A stretch of 62,556 nt of DNA, the filler included, from Choristocarpus tenellus KU-1152 (Eukaryota > Protista > Phaeophyceae), in assembly GCA_964200185.2 (NCBI GenBank). It is 13 parts of 13 records of this genome, joined end to end, with 100 filler letters (N's around TTAATTAATTAA, not from the genome) between each part and the next. Parts side by side here need not be neighbours in the genome. Positions count along the whole stretch, not along the records: positions 25,555 to 29,920 come from CAXNAD020014889.1; positions 30,021 to 34,976 come from CAXNAD020012392.1; positions 35,077 to 40,614 come from CAXNAD020010478.1; 10 more parts are not named here. The stretch is one strand, 5' to 3'. The position numbers and the translations under genes are program-made. Of this stretch, positions 25,555 through 38,555 are shown piece by piece. Positions within the stretch are counted from its first letter, which is position 1. Each line of letters opens with the position of its first letter. The notes under the pieces are model-generated. The model saw only the letters and a list, made by a program, of their open reading frames with translations, was not told where the DNA came from and did not search any database.

Positions 25555-27436
25555 GATAACCTATGATAATGGATTTTACAGAAATTTTTTGTTACGTCGA
25601 TGACTTTTTAAAGGATGTCAATGACCTTAGCTCGTAATTTTGCTATGGCAAAATTCCTAAACCCAAATCTCGCAGATCAATTAAAAGCTCCACAGAATAT
25701 ATATGGAAGGAACGTCAAGAAATCAGAAAAACAAGCAAGAGACAAACAAACCATTGAGCTACTAACCTCTAAGATAGAGTTGATGAGTAGCCTATGTTTG
25801 ATGGTCTTTCCCGTCATTTGTACACAGGTATAGGATTCATAGTGTTAAAGCTGTTACTATCACCTTTCCCCATTGAGCGCCGAAAATGGGCCTCATCCAT
25901 GTTTACTTGACGGGTGATATTTTATCATCAAGGCGCAAGGGCAAGGGAGGACCGGCTTGAGTTCATCGAAACTCGTGTTGATTTCTCGAATGAATGCAGG
26001 CGGGGAGAAAGTCTTAATCAACATTATACGTCTAACCCTAAGTCTAGGAACAAAAGTGAATGTACATCATCTTGCAAGAAGTGGGAGACACCAAATCATC
26101 GGTGTGCAAATAGTCTCAATCTCACCTCCTCTTCTTCCCTGGCGTCCTCAGCGATGGCTTTCTCCACCTCCTTCGCGACCTCTTCAAAGTAAGGGATTTG
26201 ATGGCAGCAAAACGTCTCCGCAGCTGCCTTTGTTACGATTGCTTTCTCCTCCTCCTTCTGAGCCCTTTCGACCTTCTTTCGGGCGTTAGAGCCCTTGTAC
26301 CCCAACCCTAAAACCCCCTTTCTCGTTTCCGTAAGCCACTCCGACTGGCATAGCTTCCAAACAGCCAGGGCCTGCTAATATTGTTGAGTACTAAGATGTT
26401 CTACACCCCGGTTTTCGGTTAGGTGTTTCCTGAGTGCAATGGCACGTAGTCACACTGCTCTCCTCCCCAACCTCCACTTCGGCCGGTCACCCTGGTTCTC
26501 CCTTTGCCCGCAGTAACCAAGCTTCCCCATAGACTTCGTCCCTGTACCATCTGCTGATGGACTCGCTGCTCTCTTCCTGATTTCTCAAGGCGGCAGAGAC
26601 TGCAGAGCAGTGCTCCGCAGCAGTTGAAGATACAACCACATTTGTGTGGTAATGCTTTCCATGCATCTTCTCTCAGTGTCAGTGTCGCAGCCGCGTGGTC
26701 CAGTGTGTGATTTGATCGTGCTGCTGCGCCACAGTACACGCACTTTCTCATCACCTAACATTGCACTGAGTGTCACACGGTGCTTGTTTTTCTGCCGCCT
26801 CTCGACAGAGAAGGTGCCAAGGGTAGATCCAGGGGGAAGAGTGGGCTCGGCAACTCTCCCTGTCTCACCTTCGTGGTTCATGTTGCTGTGTGGGTCACCC
26901 ATGTGTGTGCTCACGGCCTGTCTGCAGATGGCGCTAAAAAGACGTCCGCAAATCTTGTTTTTTTTTTCGGTATTGCCACACACGACGTACTTGGGCAGGA
27001 ACATAACCCGCATCAGGCTTTTGCGGGGAGATCAGCCAACCCCTTCATTTTTGTACCTTTTGAAGTTGTGACCATCAAAATTGCGTTGGAGATTTTCCTC
27101 CGGGTTTTGAAATTAATTGATCGAGGCATAGATCTAGTTCACCAACGTTTGTACATTCATGGATACAAACACCACAACGTTTTGGTCATAATCTTTAATT
27201 TGGTCGATATATTGTTGTATTATTCTTGTGGAAATACAGTGAACAAAAGCTCGATTGCTCCAGAGGGTCAAGCTACTGCTACCACTTTACTATCTCACGT
27301 CAATTTTGAAAATACATCAGCATTTTATAGTAACTTAGAGCGTGTCGTCACCCTATACTTCGCACTATTAAGCCCTCAAGAGATTATTGTGAAAAAATTA
27401 TGATATTGTGTGTTGAACAAAACTATACCCAACAAA

Positions 27437-27691
27437 GAGTCAAAGTATCTTAGAGAGTAGAGCAGCATCCGTTTTGGGGGACAAATTCCATTGTTGCGAT
27501 TTTGATGTAGTTTTGGCTATCGTGTATGTTAGGAAGTGTCAATTTCCTTGTCCCATACACATCTTTTTGTAACATGAACGTTTTTGACCTGAAACATTTC
27601 GGAGTAGGTAAAGTGTAAAAAAACCCGTGGGAAGCCAAGTCCCACATGGAAAAACAGGGCCAATCTCATACCCTCTAAGATACTTTCACTC
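27437..27691. mobile_element. MITE family A (255 bp), 3-bp TSD AAA
   Basis: AAA|GAGTCAAAGTATCTTAGAGAGTA...TACCCTCTAAGATACTTTCACTC|AAA. Confidence 0.88.
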
Positions 27692-28104
27692 AAACAGACA
27701 CACAAGCACAAAGTTGCACTTTGCAGCAAGATAACATGACAACGAGAAAATACTTCAGATTGGCTAAATACAACGCATTTGTTGTCTGTAGTATCATGGT
27801 CTCAATGTCAAGGGAATAATGGCATGGAAGATGGTTTGACCAGTTGCCGATGATAGGTTATTAAAGCTCCGCACGATTGCCATTTCAGGTATGGAGTCCA
27901 TCACAATTTTTCATTCTATGAATCATATAGAGTAAATGGATCTACCCATCCCAACCTGGTCAGTACACTTCCTTGGTACCGGTTCTTCCTCTGATGTTTC
28001 ATCTAAGCCCTTACTAGTCCTGGTTCTTAACCTCTCAAGCTTTGAAGTGAGTATTTTCTGTCTATGCCACTCTTTTCTCGCCCACCATGCTGCATGACCT
28101 CAAG

Positions 28105-28417
28105 GTTATCCATTACCTTGATGCGGACAAAAGTGGTCTAGTGGAGGTCGGAGAGGTTGACTGCGCTGTGCGGACTCTGCGTCAAGATGAGGCCCTTCTG
28201 AGTGCTCTTGAACAAGAGGCTGAGTTATTGCCCTTGAAAAGAACAGGGCCAATAATGAAGTTGAAAACAGCACCACCATTGAAGGTGGGAGCACATGGTA
28301 GCTTTGGATTCACTGAGAATAGAGTAGTCCAAGCATCTGAGCTAACAACAGAGTACACATGCACAACCTGTCCCAATTGCGCTGTTCATAACCACAATGA
28401 TAAACAAATGCTACAAG
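28105..28417 (+). CDS. Candidate exon with an EF-hand loop
   Basis: LDADKSGLVEVGE fits DxDxSGxVxxxE; AG acceptor at 28103-28104 and GT donor at 28418-28419. Confidence 0.5.
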
Positions 28418-29203
28418 GTACGGTGAAAGGAAATTGAAGGGGTTTTTTTGGAGAGGACAGGAAGGGACAATTTGCTCCACTACTGATATCTTGCTGTTTT
28501 TGAACTGTTTCAAACCCTGGTAAATGTGTTCACACTCCTCCTTCTTGTCCAGTACCTCCTTCCCCGATCAATATCTATCTGTCTTTACTGAGAACAGGGT
28601 CAAAGAGAAATTCCCGATGTTTCACCCGCCTCTCTGGATCGTGGTAGCAGGGTCCAGCAACTGGTGTTGGGAGTATTGGACGGAGACCTGCGGAAGGCAG
28701 CATGCCCTTCAATGGAGATAGGGTGGGGTCAAATAGGGACAAGGACTATCAAGGTTCTTACGTATCAAGACCCAAGAGAATTATGCAGGTTGAAAAACCT
28801 TCTACTGGAGGTTCATTCAGAGATCCTCAGGGAGCTGAAATCCTAGAATGGTACATAGAAGAGGAAATCAAGAGAATGGACATATATTCTGGAGGTATAT
28901 TAGATGGGAGGTGGCTTCAATCACTGGATGGTCGGCTCAATGCCACCATACAAGGCATACAGCGTTAGCAGAACGAAACACAAGTGGGATTGAGGGCCTC
29001 ATGCTGGACCAACCGCAAGCATCTTGTTGCTGTTAGTGAATTTGGCTGGGTAGTTTAGAGCATGCTGGTGGTCCTTCAACCTTGGTGTAGTGGGTTCTTA
29101 ACCATAGTCGACCTGCAGACTTGATCAATGGAAAGATATTGTTTCTCTGAGTATGAAATTTACTTTGGAGTATTCAAATTCAACTCCCTTTGACTTGGGT
29201 ACC

Positions 29204-29452
29204 GAGTGAAAGTATCTTAGAGGGTACGAGTTATGCCCTGTTTGTCCATTTGGGGCTTGGCTTCCCATGGGGTTTTTGTGATATTTTTCCTACTCCGAAA
29301 TGTTTCGGAGTAGGTAATACGTACATGTTATGAAATGGTGTGTCCGGAACAAGGATACTGACACTTCCTAACAAATACGACGGATAAAATCACATGGAAA
29401 TGATTTCGGCCCCCGAATGGACGCGGACCTACCCTCTAAGATACTTTGACTC
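29204..29452. mobile_element. MITE family A (249 bp)
   Basis: GAGTGAAAGTATCTTAGAGGGTA...TACCCTCTAAGATACTTTGACTC; internal perfect hairpin at 29289-29314; no TSD seen. Confidence 0.9.
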
Positions 29453-29695
29453 TGAGGCTCCTCAGCTCCTTATACTCTCCTTGTATGCTCCTATGAGGGG
29501 AGATTGAAAAATGAGAGAGAGAGGTGCACTACACTATCATGTGTATCAAACTACTATGGAGCAAAACAATCCTTGTCAAGATATGCAACCTCTGCTCTTG
29601 GGGCACTGTAGTCTGGGAGTTCTTCAGATGGAGTTTGGTTTTACATCAAGGTAGGTTTTGGGGTTTGGCATGTTTATACTACATCTGTCCCTTAG

Positions 29696-29920
29696 GAGTG
29701 AAAGTATCTTAGAGGGTACGAGTTTTGCCCTGTTTGTCCTTTTGGGGCTTGGCTTCCCATGGGGTTTTTGTGATATTTTTCCTACTCCGAAATGTTTCGG
29801 GGTAGGTAATATGTACATGTTATGAAATGGTGTGTCCGGAACAAGGATACTGACACTTCCTAACAAATACGACGGATAAAATCACATGGAAATGGCAACA
29901 TTGGATTTCGGCCCCCGAAT
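29696..29920. mobile_element. MITE family A, cut by contig end
   Basis: Near-identical to 29204-29452. Confidence 0.9.
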
Positions 29921-30020
29921 NNNNNNNNNNNNNNNNNNNNNNNNNNNNNNNNNNNNNNNNNNNNTTAATTAATTAANNNNNNNNNNNNNNNNNNNNNNNN
30001 NNNNNNNNNNNNNNNNNNNN
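29921..30020. other. Artificial contig linker
   Basis: N44-TTAATTAATTAA-N44. Confidence 0.99.
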
Positions 30021-30129
30021 CCGCCTCCCTCCTTGCATGTAACAAAAACACCCAAAAACACCCCCAAAAAAAGGGGGCCCCCAAAAGGACCCCCCCCCCC
30101 CCCCCCCCCCCCCCCAGATACTTTGAGTC
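30021..30129. mobile_element. MITE family B end (low-quality contig start)
   Basis: Poly-C followed by AGATACTTTGAGTC. Confidence 0.65.
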
Positions 30130-30188
30130 ACACCCTCCATCTCATGATCTCTAAGAGGGAGCACTTACTGACTGACAGACTGACTGAC

Positions 30189-30275
30189 CTTGACAGCACT
30201 GAGGAGTGCAGTCATGTTGGCATCATCCTTGGCTGTAACATCCCCTCCTGCTTCCACCAGCGCACGGACCACATC
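30189..30275 (-). CDS. Ankyrin-repeat protein, exon 4 of 4 visible
   Basis: TAG|DVVRALVEAGGDVTAKDDANMTALLSAVK|GTCAGT; 87 bp, phase 0/0. Confidence 0.88.
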
Positions 30276-30579
30276 CTAAAAGACACATAATAGGCAGAAA
30301 TAGCATTACTAATGAAACATACACAATGTGCTGCAGATGATAGGTGATATGTGATGGAAGATGACTCAAAGAAAGTGGGAAAAAAAAACCCTCAGTGGAT
30401 TCGAACACACAGATGCAGAGTAACAGATGAGAAACATCAAAAAACATCAAAACTGGTGCGTTAAAACGCTAGTGATATTGTACAATATCACCTAATCATC
30501 CCCATTCTCATCACTCAATAACTCAACCTCATCTCCAGGACCTTGCTAACAGCGAAACACAACACATAGGACTGGCAGC

Positions 30580-30613
<34 letters not shown>

Positions 30614-31487
30614 GTAACATCAATATCTAATTCGAGGATATGCATGAAGGCATTGCAACGAAGAATCTCAGTATAATTTTATACCTCCTGGTGTCACCTG
30701 TACAACTGTACCTTTATTGGTATTGAACTCCATACCTCTTATTTTGTACCTCAAATGCTGCAATCTATTTTTACTTTTATTCAATATAATATTAATACAT
30801 AGTATTACAAGTACACACCCTACCACTGCAAAAAGTAAACTCTATAGTAACGGTATCCAACTGTATATACATTACAACAAATATAGTGTATATATACATC
30901 AAAACACTTTTCAAGAAAAAGTCAATTAAATTCTTATCAAACTAAATTCCTATCATACAGATGCAAGTTGTGCTGTGTATTGGCAACATCTAATACATGC
31001 ATGTTCCACTAAAAAATAAAACATTCCAAGTCCCGAGCACCAGCTAGAACAAACCACCCCTAACCCTAACCCTCATAATAACAATATATACTAGGAACAA
31101 TAATAACAATGGTGACAGTACTGTAGCACTCCAGTAGCAAAGACACCAGCAGAAGGGTAGGTAGACCATCACATAGTACTCCAATATTACCATTGTTTGA
31201 AACAGTATCATCAAGATAGTACACTCATCCCATAGTGTTAGAGTTAGGGTTGCAAAAAACTTCAAAACCACATTATCTCAACCCAACACACAACGCAATG
31301 ATACACTCTACAAACTCCATTACAAACTCCATCACAAAATCCTTATCAATGCCATACATACACACACACATAGTATAAATGGCCTTCTTCTAAGCATGTC
31401 ATGTGCAAACATTCATCGATCTCATCCATGCAAGGGCCAGTGGCACATCAAGGCCATCCAACAAAATATCAAAACTGACAGGCTCAC

Positions 31488-31610
31488 CATGTGCCCTCCA
31501 AGAGCAGCGACCATGAGGGCAGTCACGCCATCAGTATGTGCCTCGATCACCTCACCTCCATTCCCCTCCTCCATAGCCTTATTTAATGCCAAAATGTATT
31601 CCTCAGTAGC
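31488..31610 (-). CDS. Ankyrin-repeat protein, exon 3 of 4 visible
   Basis: AAG|ATEEYILALNKAMEEGNGGEVIEAHTDGVTALMVAALGGHM|GTGAGC; 123 bp, phase 0/0. Confidence 0.85.
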
Positions 31611-32439
31611 CTTATTTGATCAACAACCACAAGGCATCAGAGACATGCCACACATAAAACAGGACGCATCAGTGACATACATACACATATGAAAAACACA
31701 CAATAATCCCAGGTGTGCACTGTGTTGCTCTATCAGTTGTCTACATTTGTAATGCAGGGTGTAGGTAAGGGTGTAGGTAAGCATATGCAAACCAACAAAA
31801 AAGTGAAGAAAAATATAACGACATCAAGACCTCTCAATCAAGGAACACACTTATTGCACTCATATATTGTGATTTCAGACACATTTGATGGTAACAGTAC
31901 AGGCACACTTTGTACCTTCTGATAGTACAAAGAAGTACACCAAGACAAGAAAGCCATAACAAGAGTATAGACAGCAGAGGTGAACTATCATCAACAGCAT
32001 TAATATTTTAATGACATGCTCTGTTTCATAATTGAACTATCTTTTCAATCCTATCATCGCACCACCAAAAATCCTGTTTGAGAGTGTCAGGTAGATGTGA
32101 GGTGTAAGTCCAGTTCATCTGCTTATCAACTCTAAACACTCCAAACATACAACATGATTGAGATCCTTGCCCACTGTCAATCCCATAGTACTGTTCTATC
32201 TCTATTCTTAGGGACCTGTGTACTTGTCTGCATACATATCCTGTGCAACATCCATCCATACTACCACAAACAGTACCTCAAATAGTATCAAGAAATGTAC
32301 CCAATTTAGTGCAATAAGGAAAATAATGGTGTGGCATTCATATTATACTGCTGTTAATACTACTACAACATAGCCAGTAACAGCTCTGTGAACAATTTAG
32401 ATGAACCACTCTATAAAGCATTGATCTTCTAACATCTCG

Positions 32440-32458
32440 TAACAACAACAACAACAAC

Positions 32459-32496
<38 letters not shown>

Positions 32497-32510
32497 CAAC
32501 AATAACAATA
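32440..32510. repeat. Compound (AAC)n/(AAT)n microsatellite, intronic
   Basis: Directly visible in the sequence. Confidence 0.95.
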
Positions 32511-32620
32511 ATTGCTGAGGTACAAGTTACTAAAGTCTATGTTACATACAACAAATGAAGGTAAGAATCTCTTGTGGAAGGTGCATCTCTCTGACCCTTC
32601 CACGACACAGCATGACCCAC

Positions 32621-32770
32621 CTTGACCCTTGTGTTAGGGTCAGAACCCTGCTGGAGTAGAAGGTTGACAACATCAATATCCCCTGCAGCAGAGGCAAACA
32701 TGAGAGCAGTTCCCCCTGACGCAGCCACTGCTGACACATCTGCCCCTGCCTCCAGGAGCACCTTGCAAGC
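32621..32770 (-). CDS. Ankyrin-repeat protein, exon 2 of 4 visible
   Basis: CAG|ACKVLLEAGADVSAVAASGGTALMFASAAGDIDVVNLLLQQGSDPNTRVK|GTGGGT; 150 bp, phase 0/0. Confidence 0.92.
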
Positions 32771-34089
32771 CTGACCAATAAGATGAAATGCACACAAGGG
32801 GAACACAAGACAATCAAACCAGTAAGCCCACCGAGCATTAGCTCCCTGTTTGACCCCAAAATTGAACAGAACGGAATCAACTTCAATGCAATGCACATAT
32901 TTTTTCACTAATGAAACAGACTATTAAAACAATAGCAGTGCATTATAGCATCTAAAAGGAGTGAGACCATCTAAGAGATGGGTCGATTTCAGTCCCTCTG
33001 AGTCTCAAGGCCTTTCTGAACTTTGTGCAATATACTTCATACCAACACCTAAGAACGAAGTTAACCCTCCTATGACAGCATGGATGTAGAAGATTAGGAA
33101 TGATATTTAACGCATTGTTAACCGAAAGCACTCTCCACAGCGATAGACCTCAAAACACAACCACCACAAGGGGGTTACAGAGGTCCTTAACTAGTACTTG
33201 GTGACATCCCAATCTTAGATGGTATCACTCAAAGCTCAACATTCTTTTGGTCCAACATGAGTCATGAGGTCAGGTCACACCAAATAAACCAACAAAAGGA
33301 TATAAAAAGAAATGATACAGTTCCAATGTCCAATATGCTCTCAGAAGGGTGCGCCTCAGCTCAATACCTCCACTTTGATGTGTTCACCCCAATGCCTGAC
33401 TGGTTGTTGCCGATAACCTCTTGGTTGAACCATACTACCATCAATGAAAAGACAAATCAACTTGAGTGCAATAGCTCTAACCATGGAGTGGTGCATCAAC
33501 ACATATACCAGAGCAAAGATTGCACATGACAGGTGTTGGGGATTGTTGACTATTACTGCCTGCCCCCCCCTCACAACCTCAATTTACTCTATTTACTTTC
33601 TTAACACCAACTTTGAATTACGACTGAAACAAATATCAGATGAACGGAATGGTATGTATATACTCATCACAATGAAGGGAAACAAAAATGTTCTGAATAA
33701 ACTTCTAAGAAGAATATTTTCACCTAAGTATCATGTGTATCACCGCATACCCAAATGCACTTGCTTGACTATGGTTGAACACCCAATGAAATCCACAATC
33801 AACAAGTCAGTATTTATAGCTTTCCACATAGAGGGTTAGGGTTGACTAGTAAACATTGTCGATATTTTACTGAGAACCTTCTCGTCTGCCCAGCAAACAG
33901 ACATATCAAACACTTGAAACCCTAGTCATCTGCCATCTTTGTACAACAGGTACAGGCAGCGGACAACTGTGTGGATTCTATCCAATAGCATGCATACGTA
34001 CATAACATGCATTCATATAATTGGTCGGCAACAACAGAGTTCAAACAAAAATATTCCCAACGTATCCAATCCAATGTTGTCTCCCTCAC

Positions 34090-34212
34090 CATGGCATGTT
34101 CGTGGCTAGCAGCAGACATGAGAGTAGTAACCCCATCCTTGTCTACAATGGTAACATTAGCCCCCTTCTTGATCAGCAGGTTGATTACCGCTACATTTCC
34201 TGAGGTACTGGC
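34090..34212 (-). CDS. Ankyrin-repeat protein, exon 1 of 4 visible
   Basis: CAG|ASTSGNVAVINLLIKKGANVTIVDKDGVTTLMSAASHEHAM|GTGAGG; 123 bp, phase 0/0. Confidence 0.9.
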
Positions 34213-34976
34213 CTGGTAATCACGAGAAGGTGCCAAATATCATGATATTGTATCATTAACCAAATATCATGATATAGTACCATTAAGTAGTACCATGATG
34301 TTACAAATAGCAGGCAAAGGACAGATTAAGGTCAGATTAAGGACAGACTAAGGAAATAATCTAAGGGCAGCATCCACACAATACACAAGTATCAACTATG
34401 CCTATAAAAGACATCTGACGTACACGCTTCAACTAAAAAATAGTCTATGAACCATTCAACAACCATTAGAGCTTGCTGTATGTATCCATGAACGAGTAAC
34501 CCTACAACATACATCCAACAACATACATCCAACAACATAAAGAACCCTACAAATCAGTCATTGAACAACTAACTGACCCTAAGTCAGTGATAGGGATAGG
34601 GTCAGCAATAGTGTCTGTACCCTACTACATTAAATTGGAATCGTCCTCATCAACCACTGATGAAGATGATGAAGAGAATCTGATGACCTTTGATATTTCA
34701 TTGCCTGGCTTGGGACACTGTTTAAGACCTGCAGGGGTAAGCTGAACAACTACCCAGCCCCTCAAAATGGATACTATCATACCATAAAAGGTATACCCTC
34801 ATAATCATGTTCTAAAAATAAGGGTCAAGTTCAACCTAAAAGAGCTCAAGTCTCATCTTTCTCTATCTCAGACTGTGAAGACAAGTTTGAATCTGTTGGT
34901 GGGGGGAGGGGGGGGGGGAAGTGGGTGGAGGGCATCAATGAAACAGTCGACTAACTGGGGATATCTACAATTGATA

Positions 34977-35076
34977 NNNNNNNNNNNNNNNNNNNNNNNN
35001 NNNNNNNNNNNNNNNNNNNNTTAATTAATTAANNNNNNNNNNNNNNNNNNNNNNNNNNNNNNNNNNNNNNNNNNNN
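34977..35076. other. Artificial contig linker
   Basis: N44-TTAATTAATTAA-N44. Confidence 0.99.
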
Positions 35077-35113
35077 CCCTGTCCCACCCGCCCAACATCT
35101 TTCCTGCACTCAC

Positions 35114-35257
35114 CTTGGAAGGCCTCCTCTTCTTCCTGCCGGAAGGCTTGGTTTTGACTTTCTTCACTCTGACCCGGGTGCGATGTTGTCTGACCAGGAT
35201 GTCTGCTGCAGTCGCTGAACCAGGAACATCAAAATCTATATTTTTCAAGTAGATAAC
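35114..35257 (-). CDS. Candidate exon, unknown protein with basic NLS-like tail
   Basis: CAG|VIYLKNIDFDVPGSATAADILVRQHRTRVRVKKVKTKPSGRKKRRPSK|GTGAGT; 144 bp. Confidence 0.6.
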
Positions 35258-36656
35258 CTGAGCATTTTTTAATCAAAATCACAAAAGGAGTATACATACA
35301 TAAATACATACTTACATATATACATATATACATATATACATATATATACATACACAAATACATGCATACAGACAGACAGACAGAATCATGACACGATGCT
35401 TAAGTAGGTTTGTAATCAGAAGTATACATACAGGACAGCCATAAAATGCACCGGGCCAACAATTTTGAACATGGGGCAATTGGTGCATAGGTGTGAAGAG
35501 CATTTCTGTCAGTATTTTCATAGATCAACATGCAGCCACCAGCGTGTTTACAGACAAACTGCTATACCACCAACTCATCCGCTGCTCCGAGTCATTACTC
35601 ATATGACCATTAAAAAATTTGGTTCAACACAATAAACAGGACATCCTAACATAGGACGCAAATATATATATATATATAGGTAAAAAAAGGTACAAAAGTG
35701 GAATAATTCGACCACAAAGAAAGGGTACTATTGTGTGACGCAGCCACTACATTTTGGATAGTCTGACAAGGTGAAGGTATAGAATAGCTAGAAATAGACA
35801 GACACAAAGTTCCTCCAATCCCACTCTTCTCATGAGCATCGCTTCAACCCTTGGGTAGGTAATGCAGCAAGCGGGGTAGCTTACCTAAAGTTGAACCGAA
35901 ACACTCCGTAGGGTTCAAGGTTATTGTCCATTAAATACACCATACCCCCTCCAACTATACAAAAAAAATAGTCGAGTAATTTACATGTTAAAAACACACC
36001 TTGAACCACGTAGGACGTAGAGAGTGACGTAGGATACATGAAAATGAAAACGCCAACCAAGTAAATGGAAAACCTAAGATTGTTTTTCCAGGCGTCTCTT
36101 ACGAGTGCTGGATTACAACTGCATGCCCAAGAGGAGGAAGAACAAACCGAGTGCTGAAGCTCTCTACCTCATCATGCAAGCCAGCCTCGTGCGTACATAT
36201 ATAGCCTTAGGTACCAGAGGAAAACCCAACCCAACATGTACATGCACAGGGAAGTAGGTTAGGTGCACCCTCACTCACTCACTCAACAAAAAAAAGAAAA
36301 GAAAATCCACACGACGTAGTTGAAGTGTACACCATCCCATCCGTGGCAAGGGTTGCGCACCAAACAGTACGCTCATCCCACTGGCTAAAACTAACGTATA
36401 CGGAACACATGTCACGCCTTCTGTGTAGCAAAACTTGATGCCGAATGAAGGCATGGATGTAGATAGGTCATTGGGCACGCAGCGTGGTGCTGATATTCCC
36501 AGTAAGTCATAGATTGCACCCGACTAAATATGGGGGGCTTGGTGCATCTACGTAAGGTGGAAAGAGTCATATCGCAAGCGGAATGAACATATGCAACTGT
36601 TCAAGATTTATTTCACAGTTATACATACCGTATCGCCAACTAAACCACAGTACTAG

Positions 36657-36692
36657 CCCTAACCCTAACCCTAACCCCAACCCTAACCCTAA
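36657..36692. repeat. Interstitial telomere-like (CCCTAA)n
   Basis: About 6 units; similar short runs near 31058, 39000, 45161, 45212, 45415, 50180 and 50539. Confidence 0.9.
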
Positions 36693-37484
36693 TCCTGACA
36701 TGCTATCTCTTTTCTTCGGACCTGGGGATGCTACTATTTCTCAACAGTTTTTGATTTTACATTTTTTTCTCTTAATTGTTTTTCGCCACTTAATTATTGA
36801 CAGAACACTCCGCAAATCCTTTGAATAAAATACAAATAAAAATTGAGCTGTACCACCTTGTCCAGACCAACAAGATGTACAGATCCATCCCCTAAAAAAT
36901 GTTTTTGTGACCCCATTAGAAATGCAGCACCCAGAAATAAAAAAACATATATAGATACTCTTCTACCTTTTCTTATGGGATATCATCATCGGACCCATTT
37001 TCTAAGCCTATATTATTTTTTCAACTAAGAATTTAGACCAATCAGATTCCTTCGTAATGCTGTGATTCCACCAGTAGGATGCATTTCGGAGTTGAAGTTT
37101 CTTGGTATTATTTGTATCAATAATAATAATTAAATGGGAACAGATTTGGCCCTTACATCATTCTCAATATTCAATGTATAAAAAATATCTTTGATATAGG
37201 GGTAGGGCTAACGTACAATACCTTTCTAGTCAACCTCATGTGAACTTGAAATAATAACTATGCTTGAAATGTAAGCTGCATACATTGATGTATGTACAAA
37301 CTATATATACCCTAACCCTATAAAAAAAAAGATACCCCATGAGGGAGCGGCAGGGGAGCCTGCAGCAGGAGGAATAGGCCCGTCCTATTGGATGCGTATC
37401 ACATAATCACCATGCTATTGGTGGAATGATTTTACTGTTCTTCGTAACAAAAAATATCGAAATATAAGATTTGGTCCCCCTCAC

Positions 37485-37616
37485 CTCCTCCTTCTCAGCA
37501 TCTATCTTGCCCTTGGGACCCCCTGGCCAAGTACCCAATCCTGTGATGGACCTCTCTCTATGGCCAGCCCTGGGCCCTGCACCCCCACCCCCCGCCTTGC
37601 TCTTTACATACGCCAC
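37485..37616 (-). CDS. Candidate exon, unknown Gly-rich protein
   Basis: CAG|VAYVKSKAGGGGAGPRAGHRERSITGLGTWPGGPKGKIDAEKEE|GTGAGG; 132 bp. Confidence 0.55.
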
Positions 37617-38012
37617 CTGGGAATAGAGATAAAAGTTAACAGAAATATCAACATCAGGGTTAGAGTTATGACCAGGACTAAGGACCTAGTATTTGGCACC
37701 AGTGTAAGATTAGGGATAGGATTATATTTAGCACCTACCGTGGCGGGGCAAGGGTTAGGGTTGGGGATACAAACAGAGCTCAAGAGGGGAGCAACGATAC
37801 CTTGGCCTAGCCTGTGTCTCTAACACGCTCTTGCAAGAGAATGTTTAACATCCACTGTGATGTCACAGGACTCACTCACAGTCTCAAGGTCGGAATAGAG
37901 TCGCCAGGGCAAACCTTAGTTCCTCTGGAGCCCTATACTATTATGTAACCTCTTGGTAAGGTTACTACAGACCAAAGAAGCTAATGGAAACAAAAATATT
38001 CTTCCAATGGCC

Positions 38013-38070
38013 ACTGTAGGTCGGTGGGAGGGGATCTCCGTACTGTAGGTCGGTGGGAGGGGATCTCCGT
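38013..38070. repeat. Exact 29-bp tandem duplication
   Basis: ACTGTAGGTCGGTGGGAGGGGATCTCCGT x2. Confidence 0.95.
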
Positions 38071-38522
38071 AGTGGATGCTTCATACTCTCTACTAAGGCC
38101 GTTTACTCTCTCCTAAGACCTTATGGGAGACAACCAAAGGCTGAACCCATGGCAGCAGCATCAGCATCAGTACATAGCCATGCCAAGACACGTCACAATG
38201 TGTTTCAAGTTTCAACCTAGGGACAGACACCGACCCGGCGGTGGGGCCAGGAAGGGTCCAACAGACCATCATCTCATGAGACCACCTTCACAATACAAGT
38301 CTTTAAAGCAGGATAGCATTACCATCCCATTCTTGGTACAGGTGAGCACCCAGTCACCAACATCCCCCACTTGATATTTGAGGCACGGGATGAGTGTCAG
38401 CGAGATCTTCCCCTCAGATGGATAGACAACAGATGGATAGACAACAGATGGATGTCTAAACTTCTCAGACATTGAGTGTTTGACACAGCACCAAGATCTT
38501 TGGCACATTATTTCAAAGTTAC

Positions 38523-38555
<33 letters not shown>

